A stretch of 64,000 nucleotides of DNA, from contig CAVPCT010000003.1 of the NCBI GenBank assembly GCA_963702475.1, forward strand, positions 992,001 through 1,056,000, in the 5' to 3' direction. Below are positions 43,634 to 55,669 of the stretch, piece after piece (the first letter of the stretch is position 1; each line of letters begins with the position of its first letter). A model generated the notes under the pieces. The model saw only the letters and a list, made by a program, of their open reading frames with translations. It did no database searches and was not told the DNA's origin. The translations under genes were made by a program, and so were the position numbers. This DNA comes from an uncultured Thermoleophilia bacterium (GTDB lineage: Bacteria; Actinomycetota; Thermoleophilia; UBA2241).

Positions 43634-43666
43634 GCTACATTCTGTAGCGATTGTAGTGATTGTACA
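43634..43666 (-). promoter_or_regulatory. TA promoter/operator
   Basis: GCTACA-N3-TGTAGC inverted repeat, TGTA at 9-bp period, TGTACA palindrome, two TACAAT on the minus strand. Confidence 0.6.
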
Positions 43667-43764
43667 CCGGTGGACGTTGGCGGCGGCTGGGTGGATGTTG
43701 CTGCCGGTCCGTCCGCGGCGGCCGATAGAACGTGACCCACGTGGGTGACCGGAGGGAGAGCAGC

Positions 43765-44079
43765 GTGGCGCGGGCGAAGAAGGCCGCCAACGGCGGCGAG
43801 CCCCTCGGCTTCGAGCAGAAGCTCTGGGCCGCGGCCGACAAGATGCGCGGCCACATGGACCCGGCCGAGTACAAGCACGTGGCGCTCGGCCTCATCTTCC
43901 TCAAGTACATCTCGGACGCGTTCGAGGAGAAGCACGCGGCGCTCGTCGCCGAGGCTGAGGCCGAGGAGGCCGCGAGCCTTGCGGCCGGCGGCCCCGGCGA
44001 GTCCGGCATCGACCCCGAGGACCGCGACGAGTACCTCGCCGAGAACGTCTTCTGGGTGCCGCGCAGAAGCCGGTGGTAG
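43765..44079 (+). pseudogene. hsdM: Type I R-M methyltransferase N-terminal fragment
   Basis: [14 protein letters not shown]...[19 protein letters not shown]...NVFWVP, then truncated. Confidence 0.88.
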
Positions 44080-44981
44080 ACGCCGAGTTCGACGAGGTGA
44101 CCGAGGCGACCGAGGTCCAGCGTCGCGAGAAGCTCAAGAGCAGATGGGCGCGCATCGAGGCCATGGTCGGCACCGATCGCCGCCTCGAGCTCGTGGCCAA
44201 GGACCTGGTCGACCACTTCGAGGCGCGCCAGGCCGGCGATCCGGCCACGCCCATGAAGGGCATGGTCGTGTGCATGAGCCGGCGCATCTGCGTCGACCTG
44301 TACGCGGAGATCGTGAAGCTGCGCCCGGGATGGCACGGCGCTGCGACCGGCGCCGACGCCGACGACGAGGTCGGCGCCGTCAAGGTCGTGGACGTCTTCA
44401 AGGTCGCCGGCCTGGAGCATCCCGACATCTCGGTGCTCGACGACAAGTTCCTCGCCGAGGTGCGGGACATGCCGCGGCGGAACCTCGCGGTCGAGCTTCT
44501 GGAGAAGCTGCTGCGCGACGAGGTCACCGTGCGCTTCCGCCGCAACCTCGTCGAGTCGCGCCGCTTCTCGGAGATGCTCCAGCACGCGGTCATCCAGTAT
44601 CAGAACCGCGCCATCACCTCGGCCCAGTTCATCGAGGAGCTGATCAAGCTGGCCAAGGAGATCCGCGAAGCCAAGGACCGCGGCGAGCAGCTTGGCCTGA
44701 ACGAGGACGAGGTCGCGTTCTACGACGCGCTGGAGACCAACGACAGCGCCGTCGCGGTGCTCGGCGACGAGACGCTCAAGGCGATCGCGCAGGAGCTGGT
44801 CGTGACCGTCAAGCGCAATGCGACCATCGACTGGAACCTGCGCGAGAGCGCCCGTGCCAAGATGCGCGTCATGGTGAAGCATCTGCTCAAGAAGTACGGC
44901 TATCCCCCGGACAAGACCGAACACGCGACGGCCCTCGTGCTGGCGCAGGCCGAGGTCGTCTGCGAGGAGTGGGCCGCCTGA
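44064..44981 (+). pseudogene. hsdR: Type I R-M endonuclease C-terminal remnant with internal deletion (DUF3387 tail)
   Basis: [12 protein letters not shown] helicase segment joined directly to DVFKVAGL...ELAFYDAL-like...IDW...KYGYPPD. Confidence 0.85.
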
Positions 44982-44993
44982 CTCTCCGGGGGT

Positions 44994-46153
44994 CTATGCA
45001 CCCTGTCCACCGCCTGGTGTGGTCGTCGCGGCCGACGCCCGAGCCGCCTTCCACGGGGCCGTCACGGACCGGTCGTAAGCGAGCGCCAGAAGGTGACTCG
45101 CGGCGAGCACCGGCACAGCCAGCAGCGCCGCGAGCCACGACGGCTGGTCGACGATGCCGGCGCCGATGGCGAGCCAGCCGATCAGGGCCCACTGGACCAG
45201 GTAGACGACGGTGATGTGGCGGCTCAGCGAGGTCAGGTAGCGTGGCACGAGCTGCCAGGAGAGGCGCCGGTCCAGCCACCACAGCGCCGGCAGCCACACC
45301 AGCACGAAGCCGGCCAGCAGGAGCTGGATCGAGAGCCCGCTGCGGAAGTAGTCGCCCAGCACCAGCGGGCCGCCGGCAGTCCGCCGCCAGCGCGACGAGC
45401 GCTCCGCCGGCCACGGCGGCGGCGAGCGCTCCGCGATCGGGCCCAGGCGCGCATCAGCGCGCCGGCGGACGCGGCGCGTTGCGCGAACCGCGCCAGGGCG
45501 AGGCCCAGCAGCGGGTAGGCGAGCCAGGGGAACAGCGGGAACGACACCCACTCGGCCGTCCCCCAGAGGGGATCGAGCACGGGCGAGCCGCCGCCGGTCC
45601 CCCAGAGCAGGGGCGCCACGGCGGTCACGGCGATGGCCATCGCCACGACCGGCCATGCGCCGCGGACCACGTGCTTCACCACGCCCAGCACGATCAGCGA
45701 GAGGCCCGCCAGCTGCAGGATGTCGATCTCGAGCAAGGCGTGCCACGCGCCTCCCAACGCGTCCTCGACGAGCACCGAGTGGGCCGCGAGCGCGGGCGCG
45801 GTGAAGCGCACCAGGTTGAGCGCGTAGCCCAGGGCGAAGAGCGCGATGCCGCGGCGCAGCCCACTCCAGACCCCGGTGCGGCGCGAGGCGCCGAAGAGGA
45901 ACCCCATCGACACCATGAACACCGGCGCGGCGGGGGCGGTGCCGAGGAGCAGGAAGGTCGTGCCGACTGCGGACGTCTCGCCGTAGTCCACGGCGAAGAG
46001 GAGCTGCACGTGCTGGAGCACCATCAGCACGATGGCGATGCCGCGCGCCAGGTCGAGGAAGCGGAGGCGGCCGTCGACGGTGAGCAGCGGGCCGAAGGAG
46101 CGCGCGGGATCCATGGAGGGGCTGTCGGCCGCCCGGTCCCTCGTGGCGCTCAT
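44994..46153 (-). CDS. DUF1624 / heparan-alpha-glucosaminide N-acetyltransferase-like membrane protein, frameshift near 45440
   Basis: LDLARGIAIVLMVLQH, APVF, DILQLAG, FPLFPW. Confidence 0.75.
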
Positions 46154-46266
46154 TCCGGTCTGATTCCTCCCCGGGGATCGCGATCGCCGCGGGCACGTGT
46201 CTGGCGGCTGCTCACCCGACCTTCTAGACTGCGTGTCGAGCCGAGTCAAGGGAGAAAGGCGACCGC

Positions 46267-47555
46267 ATGAGCGCCACCATCACCGCCGTCCACGCCCGGA
46301 TGATCCTCGACTGTCGCGGCTACCCGACCGTGCAGGCGGAGGTGGAGGCCGGCGGGCGGCTCGGCAGAGCCGACGTCCCCGCCGGCCGGTCGACCGGCAG
46401 CAGCGAGGCCGCAGAGCTGCGCGACGGGGGTGCCGCGTACCGCGGCAAGGGCGTCGCGCGCGCCGTCGCAGACGTGCAACGAGGTGATCGGGCCGGCCGT
46501 CCTCGGGCGCGACGCGGCCGACCAGGTCGCGCTCGACCGCTTCCTCTGCGAACTCGACGGCTCGGCGGACAAGAGCCGGCTCGGCGCCAACGCCGTCCTC
46601 GGCGTCTCGCTGGCCGCTGCGCGCGCCGCCGCGGACTGCGCCGGCCTGCCGCTGCACCGGTACCTGCGCGCCGACTCGCGCGTGCTGCCGGTGCCGTTCG
46701 TGAACCTCATCAACGGCGGCAAGCTCACCTCCAACGACCTCGACTTCCAGGAGTTCATCTGCATGCCGGTCGGCGCCGCCACGTTCAGCGAGGCGCTGCG
46801 CATGGCCAGTGAGTGCCACATGGCCCTCATGGAGATCGTGGTCGAGCGGTACGGCAAGCTGGCCGCCAACACCGGCGATGAGGGCGGGTTCGCGACGCCC
46901 ATCGTCGACGTGCGCGAGGCGCTGCAGGTGCTGCACGACGGCGTGGCCGCGGCCGGATACGCGAGCGACATGGTCTACGCGCTGGACTGCGCCGCGACGC
47001 ACCTGTGGGACGCGTCGCGGCGCACCTACACCGTCGCGGGCACGGAGTACACGACCGGCGAGCTCATCGACTTCTACGAGGAACTGGTGCGCGACTACGG
47101 CATCGTCTCCATCGAGGACCCCCTCGCGGAGGACGACTGGGACGGCTGGGTCGAGATCACGCGCAGGCTGGGGCCGGACGTGCAGCTCATCGGCGACGAC
47201 CTCTTCGTGACGAACGCGGAGCTGGTGCGGCGCGGGGTGGAGCTGGGCGCGGCCAACGCGATGCTGTGGAAGGTCAACCAGATCGGCACGCTGAGCGAGG
47301 CGTTCGCGGCGGCCGAGACGGCGTTCCGCAACGGCTACGGCGTGTGCGTGAGCGAGCGGTCCGGCGAGACCGAGGACCCGCTCATCGCCGACCTCGTGGT
47401 GGCGCTCAACGCCGGGCAGATCAAGACCGGGCTCTCCGGTGCGCGGCGAGCGCACGGCCAAGTACAACCGGCTGTTCCAGATCGAGGAGTGGCTCGGCGC
47501 CGACGCGGTGTACGCGGGGCGCGATTGGCGTCACCCGGCGCCGGCGATCCGGTGA
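46267..47555 (+). CDS. Enolase-family protein (divergent), frameshifts near 46477 and 47435
   Basis: [56 protein letters not shown]. Confidence 0.9.
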
Positions 47556-49119
47556 GCGACCGCGGGCAGCCGGGGGAGGGCGCGCGCCGGCGCGGCCGGC
47601 AGGGCGCGCGGCACGCGGGCGGGGCGCCGCCGCCGCCGCACGAGCTCGCGGCCCGCCGCTTCGTCAACCACGCGGAGCTGACCGGTCACGGCCGCGTGGA
47701 GCTTCGCCGCGACGCGCTCTCTGTGGCCGCCGCGGCGCTCGACGCGGTCGACCCGGCGGCGGCGCTCCGAGGCATGGTCGCCCTCGAGGGTGACCGACCT
47801 CGATCGTCACCCCGCCGGGTGACGTGAACCGGACCTTCGACCTTTCCGGCGGCCGGCGCGTCTTCGTCGCCGGCGCCGGCAAGGCCACGATCGGCATGGC
47901 CGCCGTGCTGGACGAGCTGCTCGGCGGCCGCATCGCGGCCGGCGTCGCCGTGGTCAAACGCGGCCAAGCCGTTCCGTTGCGGCACATCGAGGTCCTCGAG
48001 GCGTCGCACCCCGTCCCGGACGAAGTCGAGCCTCGCCGGCGGCCTGCGCCTGCTCGAGATCGCCGCCGGCGCGGCCCCCGGCGACCTGTTCATCGGCCTC
48101 GTGACCGGAGGAAGCTCGGCACTCGCCGTGGCGCCGGCAGAGGGGCTCACGCTCGCCGACAAGGTCGCCGTCAACCGTCTGCTGCTGGCGTGCGGGCGCC
48201 GACATCGTGTCCATCAACAAGCGTCCGCAAGCACCTCTCGCGCCTCAAGGGCGGGCGCCTGGCGCGAGCGGCCGGCTGCGACGTGCTCAACTTCACGGTC
48301 TCCGACGTCGTCGGCGACCCGCTCGACGCCGTCACCGACCTCACGGTGCCGGACACCTCCACCTTCGCCGACGCCCAGGCCGTCTGCGACCGCTGGGACC
48401 TGTGGCCGCACCTGCCCACGCGCGCGGCCGCCCATCTGCGGCGCGCCGACCCGGCCGAGGAGAGCTGTCACGCCCTCGACGGCGTGACGTCGTTCGTCGT
48501 GGCGGACGCGCGCACGATGTGCGGGCCGCGGCCGCGACCGCCGAGGAGCTGGGGTACCGCGCCGAGGTGCTGCGCCTCGACCTGGAGGGCGACAGCGCCG
48601 GGGCCGGCCGCTGGTTCGCGCGGCGGGTTGACGGCGGCTGCGCCGGGAACGGCACTGGTGGCCGGCGGTGAGGCCACCACGGTGCTGGCGCACGGGCAGG
48701 GGCTGTCCGGCGGCGGTGGGCCGAGTCAGGAGGGCGCCCTCGCGGGCGCCCTCGAGCTCGCCGGCGGGTCCGCCGCCTGCCTGCTCTGCCTCGACTCCGA
48801 TGGCACCGATGGGCCCGGACACGCCGCCGGCGGCCTGGTCGACGACGTCACGGCGGCGGCGCTCGCCGCCGCCGGGGCCGGCGCGCATGCCGCCCTCGCG
48901 GCGCACGCCTCCGGGACGGCGCTCGAGGCCGCCGGCGACCGCGTCTTCACCGGCCCGACGGGGACCAACGTCAACGACCTCAAGCTCGGCCTCGTCGGTC
49001 CCGCTCCGTCCGGCCTGCCGTCGGCGGCGCGAGGCGCTGCGCCTGACCGCGGCGCCCGGAGCCGCGGCCGCCACCCGCGCCTCACGCGTCCGCGGATCGT
49101 CCCTTCCGCTCTCTCATGA
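47552..49119 (+). CDS. Glycerate 2-kinase (DUF4147/MOFRL), several frameshifts
   Basis: GAGKA, ASHPVPD, TGGSSAL, RKHLSRLKGG, SDVVGD, GGE, DSDGTDG, TGPTGTNVND. Confidence 0.85.
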
Positions 49120-50631
49120 GGAACCACACGATGACGGTGGTCGCCGGCATCAGGCCGACGGCCGCGAGCATCGCACCGTGCAGGCCGGTGACGAAGGAGC
49201 TGCAGGAACTGGCGCACGGCCTCCGGGAAGACTGCGGCGGCGCGCCGTTCTCGATGCTGTCCACGGTCGTCCTGACCTCCGCCTCGGTCACGCCGAGCGC
49301 CTTGAGGTCCCGCCACAGGTCGAATCCCGGTGACCACCTTGACGGTGAGCATGGTGAGCACCATCCCGAGCGCCGACCCCAGCTGGCCGATGCTCGTCCT
49401 GGACGACGTCACGGCCCCGTAGTCGCCTTCGGTGACGGCGAGGATGATGACCTGTCCCTGTGCCGTGAGGGTCGCGCCGATGCCGGCGCCCACCACGACG
49501 ACGCTGGGGATGTACGCCCAGGACGGCAGATGCTCCGCGAGCGGGACGAACGTCAGGAACCCGAGCGAGGCGACCAGCAGACCGCGCGTCATCACGGTGC
49601 GCTCCGCCCCGGGTCTCGCCAGGACCCGGCCGGCGATCAGGCCGCCGATCCCGCCGGCGATGTAGAGCGGCTCCAGGGCGAGCGTCGTGACGAGCTCCGA
49701 GCCCTGCTTCACGAACTGCACCCCGCCATTGATGGTCAGGGCCATGGCCGACATGGCGATGGGGCAGGCAAGGCCGACGGCGACGGCCGCGCAGAAGGCC
49801 CGCGAGCGGAAGATCCTCACCGGGAAGGACGGCGCCTCGAGGCGCGACTCCACGAGCGCCCAGGCGACGAAGCAGACAGACCCCGACCAGGATGAAGAAC
49901 CAGCCGGTGCGGTCCGGCGGGTGGGCGGTGACGCGCGAGACGCCGGAGATGACCGCGACCATCGCGGCCCCGAGCAGCACGAGGCCGACGACGTCCACGC
50001 GTCCGGAACCGGTGCGCGGCATGGGCGGCAGCAGGCGCGGCGTGAGCACGAGGCTCACGGCGCACATCACCGGCACGACGAGGAACAACCAGCGCCAGCC
50101 GATCCCCGCAAGGGCGCCGCCGCCGATGGTGGTCGCCATGACGACGATGGTCGTGAACATGCCGACCAGGCCCAGGCCAAGGCCGAGGCTGCGGCCGGGC
50201 GCCACCGCCTTGGTGTAGGCGTAGGAGGACGTGAGCATGACGCTGTAGCCGAGGCCCGCCAGCACGAGGCAGGCCACATACACCCAGCCGGCCGGGAAGA
50301 ACACGATGGCCAGGTTGGCCGCGCCTGCCAGCACGAACGACGCCATCAGCAGCGGGCGGCGGCCGAGCCTGTCGGCGGCGACGCCGGCCGCCACGGCGGT
50401 GGCGGCGATGGAGAGGCTCACGGCGCTCGCCGCGGCGCTGCGCAGCCCGGCGGAGAGGGCCATGTCCCGGGCTGCGTCGACCAGGGACACGGTGGCCAGG
50501 GTGCCTCCCGTGGCCTTGATCGCCTCGATCCAGGCGAGCAGCAGGAGAGCGTAGGGGCTCCTGAGATGGTCGGCGGCGCCGGCTTGCGTCGCGCCGCCCG
50601 TGCCCACCGTGCCCGCGGGTGCAGTGCCCAT
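49082..50631 (-). CDS. MFS transporter (DHA2-like), frameshifted
   Basis: AGVAADRLGRR motif A, GWRWLF, many TM helices across three frames. Confidence 0.8.
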
Positions 50632-50790
50632 CGCGGCCCCCTCCTCTCAGCGGGAGTCTACAGCCGCTCGCGGACGCGGTGTCAGGAGGCCGCGGAGCGC
50701 GCGACCACCACCGTCCGCCGGACAACCCGTCCAGTCCGGGTGGTAGTGTGGCGGCGAGACCGTCCGGGCCACCGCGAGCGGGAGTGAGGC

Positions 50791-51951
50791 ATGAGGTTCA
50801 TCCACACCGGCGACTGGCATCTCGGCAAGCTCCTGCGGGAACGGTCGCTGGTGGAAGACCAGCTGTTCGCGCTGCGCGGTCTCGTGCGGCTCGCCGACGA
50901 GGTGCGGCCGGACGCCATCGTCGTAGCGGGCGACGTCTACGACCGTGCCGTGGCGCCCACCGAGGCCGTGCGTGTGCTTGACGACGTCCTCGCGACCCTC
51001 ACCCTCGACCTGAGGGTCCCGGTCGTCGATCATCGCCGGCAACCACGACAGCGCGGCGCGGCTGGACTACCTCAACGGCCTGGTCACGCGCGTCGGGCTT
51101 CATGTGGTGGGCACGGTGGGCGCCGAGCCGCGGGGCGTGCCGGTCACGCGGCAGGGACGGCGTGGACGTGGTGTTCTGGCCGCTTGCCTACACCGATCCC
51201 GAGACCGCTCGCTGTCGACCTGGGCCGCTCCGACATCCGCAGTCACGAGGCGGTGCTGCGCGGCTCACCTCGGAGCGGGTGCGCGAGCTGTCGCGACGAC
51301 GATGCCCGCAGCGTCGTCGTCGCCCACGCCTTCGTCACCGGGCGCGCAGCCGTCGGAGTCCGAGCGGCCGCTGTCGGTCGGCGGGTCCGGCGAGGTGTCG
51401 CGAGACGTGTTCGAGGGGTTCGACTACGTCGCTCTCGGCCACCTGCACCGGCCCCAGCGCGTGAGCGAACGCGTGCGGTATGCGGGGTCGCTGCTCAAGT
51501 ACTCGTTCGACGAGGCCGACCACCGCAAGTCGGTCACCGTGGTCGACCTCGACCGCGAGGGCGCCGTGACGGTCGAGGAGCGCCACCTGCCGGTGCGGCG
51601 AGACCTCGTGCGCCTGCGCGGCTCGTTCGAGGAGGTCAGGGAGCGGCCCGACGCCGGCGACTTCGCGGAGGCCTACGTGGAGGTCATCCTCACCGACACC
51701 GACCCTGTGCTCGACCCCATGCAGAAGCTCCGCGCCGTGTATCCCAACGTCCTCTCGCTGCGGCGCGAGACCTGGCTGGCCCAGACGCGCGCCTGCGAGA
51801 GGCTCGAGGTCGGCACCATGTCGACGCGCGACCTCTTCGGGGAGTTCTTCCGTGAGGTCACCGACCAGCACCTCACCGAGGCGCAGCAGGACGAGGTCGA
51901 CGACGCCCTCACGTCCGCCCGGCGCGCGAGGAGCGGGAGGTGGTCGAGTGA
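50791..51951 (+). CDS. sbcD: SbcCD nuclease subunit D, frameshifted
   Basis: HTGDWHLG, AGDVYD, GNHDS, YVALGHLH, YAGSLLKYSFDE. Confidence 0.9.
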
Positions 51952-54900
51952 GACCGCTCAGGCTCGCCATGCAGGCCTTCGGCCCGTACAAGGGCACGCG
52001 AGACCGTGGACTTCGCGCGAGCTCGGCGACCAGAAGCTCTTCCTCATCCACGGCGAGACCGGGGCCGGCAAGACCAGCATCCTCGACGCCATCGTGTTCG
52101 CCCTGTACGGCGATACGAGCGGCGGCGAGCGCAAGGCGGGGCAGATGCGCTGCGAGTCGGCGGATCCGGCCACGCCCACCGTGGTCACCTTCGACTTCGC
52201 TCTGGGGCCGCAGACGCTACCGGGTGGTGCGCCGCCCGGCGCAGGAGTCTGGCCCGGGCGAGCGGCGAGGGCGTCGTGAGCAAACCGGCCTCCGCGGCCA
52301 TGTGGGAGACCACTGAGGCGGCGCCGGGCGCCGAGGGCGACCTGCTCGCTTCGCAGATCGGCAAGGTCAACGACAAGGTCCACGAGCTGCTGGGCTTCTC
52401 GTCAGAGCAGTTCCGGCAGGTCGTCGTGCTGCCGCAGGGCAGGTTCCGGGACCTGCTGGCCGCGGGCTCCGACAAGCGCGAGGAGATCCTGCGGCAGCTC
52501 TTCTCGACAAGGGAGTGCGCCGAGCTCGAGCGCCGTCTCAAGGAGCGGGCGCGCGAGGTGGTCCGGCGGAGTCAGGACCTCGCGCTCATGAAGCGCACGC
52601 GGCTCGAGGCGACGGGGGCGGAGGACGAGGGGCAGCTGGAGGCGCTGCTGCGCGAGGCCGGCGAGGCCGTCGCGGAACGCGCCGGGGAGGCAGGGCGCCT
52701 CACCGCCGAGGCCGCGGCTGCGGCCGCGGCGCTCGCCGAGGCGCAGACAGGCTGACGAGGCCGCGCGCGCGGTCGTCGAGGCCCGGGCCCGGGTCGAGAC
52801 GCTCGCGGCCGAGCAGCCGCGCGTCGACGCGCTCAGGGCGGTGGCCGAGCAGGCCCGGAGGGCGCAGCGCGTCGAGCCGTTCGCGGCCGCGCGGCATCGG
52901 GCCGCTGAGCGTGCGGGCTCCGCGGCGGAGGCGGTGGGCGAGGCTCGTCAGGGTCTCGCGGAGGCGACCGAGCGCGAAGCCCGTGCCGCCGAAGTGCTGG
53001 CCGAACAGCAGGCGCGGGAGCCGGACCGCGCCGCCGCGGCGCAGGAGGTCCGGCGGCTCTCGGAGATGGCGGCGGTCGTCACCGCCTGGCGGCAGGCCGA
53101 CCAACGGCGCGTCCGGGCAGACGCCGCCTCGGCGTCCGCCGCCGCCGAGCTCGGCGCGGCTGAGGCCGCCGAGGCGGAGGCCAGAGCGGCGCGGGAGACG
53201 GCGGCGGGGCGGGTGGCCGCCGCCACCGCGGCCCGCGCCGGCCTCGACGCCGCCCGGCAGCGGCGCGAACAGGCCGCGCAGCTGGCGGCGCTCTGCGAGG
53301 CGCGTGAGGCGGCGGCGGCCGCGATGGAGCGGGCGCGACAGAAGCGCGCCGCCGCCGCCGAGCAGCACGCGCACGCGCAGTCCGAGGCGGACGGCCGCCA
53401 GAAGGAGCAGGCGCAGGCCCAGGAGTCGTGGCGCGGCGGCAGGGCCGGGGCACTGGCCGCGGGGCTCGTGGACGGCGTGCCGTGCCCGGTGTGCGGGTCC
53501 ACCGAGCACCCGGCGCCGGCGCCGCAGGTCGACGGCGCCGACGACGACGCCCTGGCCGCCGCCGGGGAGCGCCTCGAGCAGGCCCGTCGACGGCTCGAGG
53601 GCTGCAGGGAGGCGCTCGGCGCGGCCGACAGTGAGCTCGCCAGCGCCTGTGGAGAGCTCAGGGCCTTGGATGGGCAGCTGCCCGGCGACGCCACGACGCA
53701 CCGTGCCCGCGAGGCAGTGCTCGCGTGCGAGGGCGAGTGTGCGACGCTCGACCTACAGGTCGCCCAGGTGGCCGACCGCGACGCGCTGCTCGCGGGTGTC
53801 GAGGCGGCGCTGCAGGCGGCCGAGGCTCGTCTGGCCACGGCCCGTGGGTCGGACCGCGACGCCGCCGGCGTCGCGGCCGAGACGCGCGCTCGTGCCGACC
53901 AGCTCGCCGCCGGCATCCCCGAGGACCTTCGCGATGAGGAGGCGTTGGAGCGCGCGCTGGCGGGAGCCATCGCGCACAGCGAGCGCCTCGTGGCCGAGAT
54001 CAAGGCAGCCGAGGACGAGAGCGGCGCTGCGCGCGAGCATCGCGTCGCCACCGAGCGCGACCTCAAGGCGGCCGACGACGCGGCCGGCAAGGCCCGGCAC
54101 GACGACGCGGCAGCTGCGGCCGCCCTCGGTGCCGCACTCGAGGAGCACGGTTTCGCGGCTGCCGAGGCCTTCGCTGCCGCCGTCGTGGCGGACGACCAGA
54201 TCGCCGCGGCCGAGGCTGCGGTGGCCGCTCACGCCGAGGGCCTCGGTCAGGCCCGGGGGCAGCTCACGCAGGCCCGGGCCGCCGCCGAGGAACACCCAGT
54301 CACGGGAGAGCCGGCCGCCTTCCGCGCGCGTCACGAGCAGGCAGCGGTGGCGGCCAGGGAGGCGCAGAGCCGGCAGACGCAGGCCGAGGCTCGTCTGGCG
54401 CAGCTCCGTGAGGCGCGCGAAGCCTTGGACGGGCTCGCGCGCGACGAGCGGGACGTCGACGCCACGTACAAGGTGGTCGGCATGCTGTCGGACGTCGCCA
54501 ATGGGCAGGCCGACGGCGCCAAGGTCTCGTTCCAGCGCTGGGTGCTGGGCAAGTACCTCGACATCGTGCTTGTTTCGGCCAGCGAGCGGCTGCGGGCCAT
54601 GAGCCGCGAGCGCTACGAACTCCATCGCCAACTCGAAGCCGAGAACCTCAGAGCAGAAGAGCGGCCTCGATCTGGCGGTGGCCGACAGCTGGTCCAATCG
54701 CTCACGCCCCGCCGTCACGCTGTCGGGCGGGGAGAGCTTTCTCGCGGCGCTTTCGCTGGCCCTGGGCCTCGCCGAGACGGTGGAGGCCCAGTCGGGGGGC
54801 GTCAGACTCGAGACCATCTTCGTGGACGAGGGCTTCGGCGCTCTGGACCCCAGCGCCCTCGACCTCGCCATGGACGCCCTCGTGCAGCTCAAGGACAGCG

Positions 54901-55013
54901 GCAGACTGGTCGGGGTCATCAGCCACGTGCCGGAGCTGCAGCAGGTCATCTCGGCACGGCTGGAGGTGAAGGGCGGACCGGGCGGCAGCACCGCCCACTT
55001 CCACGTGTCCTGA
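51948..55013 (+). CDS. sbcC: SbcCD ATPase subunit C, frameshifted
   Basis: AFGPY, GETGAGKTS, LPQGRF, CPVCGS zinc hook, LSGGE, FVDEGFG, ISH. Confidence 0.92.
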
Positions 55014-55099
55014 CGCTCGCCGCGATCGCCCTCATGTACCGCCCGGTGCGGCCCGGGCTCCTGCGCGCGCCCCACCGGCGCCGTGCGCTCGCGCACGGC

Positions 55100-55597
55100 C
55101 GACTGCGTCGCGCCGCGGCACACCTCGTCAGCGCCTCCACGGCGCGCTTCGCGTGCGCCACGGCCACGACGACCGTGCGCGGCCCGGTGACGATGTCGCC
55201 GGCCGCGAACACTCGCGGCCGGGAGGTCCGGCCGTGCTCGTCGGCCTCCAGCAGCCCGCTCTGCGTGAGCCTGAGGCCGACGTCGGGGACGTCCGACGCC
55301 GGCCCCCGGCCCCTGACCCACGGCGATGATGACGGCGTCGGCCTCCACGTCGCCTGTCCGCGCGAAGTCGTCCTCGAACGAGACACTCCCGTCCTCGGCC
55401 CCGACCCGTTCCACGGCGACCCACTTCACCGCGTGGTCGGTGATGCGGATCGTCTTGCTGCAGTGCAGGAACCCGACGCCGTCGATGAGCGCCAGCTCGA
55501 CCTCGTCCTGGTAAGCAGCGACCTCGCGCGGCCCCATGAAGTTGAGGATCGTCACGTCGGTCGCGGCCTTGCGCACCGCCGTCCTGGCCGCGTTCAC
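55100..55597 (-). pseudogene. C-terminal fragment of a GltD-like FAD/NAD(P) oxidoreductase
   Basis: AARTAVR, ADAVIIAVGQ, VFAAGDIVTGPRTVV; no N-terminal FeS or GxGxxG region; frameshift near 55310; 3' end uncertain. Confidence 0.65.
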
Positions 55598-55669
55598 GCG
55601 GCCCCTCTCTCGGCACGGATGCGGATACGGAACAGGCGCCCGGGGTGGCCAGGGTCGGCGTGTGCGTGG

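Noticed and set aside
52753-52755. In-frame TGA in sbcC as selenocysteine or readthrough
   Set aside because: The coiled-coil sequence continues in another frame, so this is an indel rather than recoding
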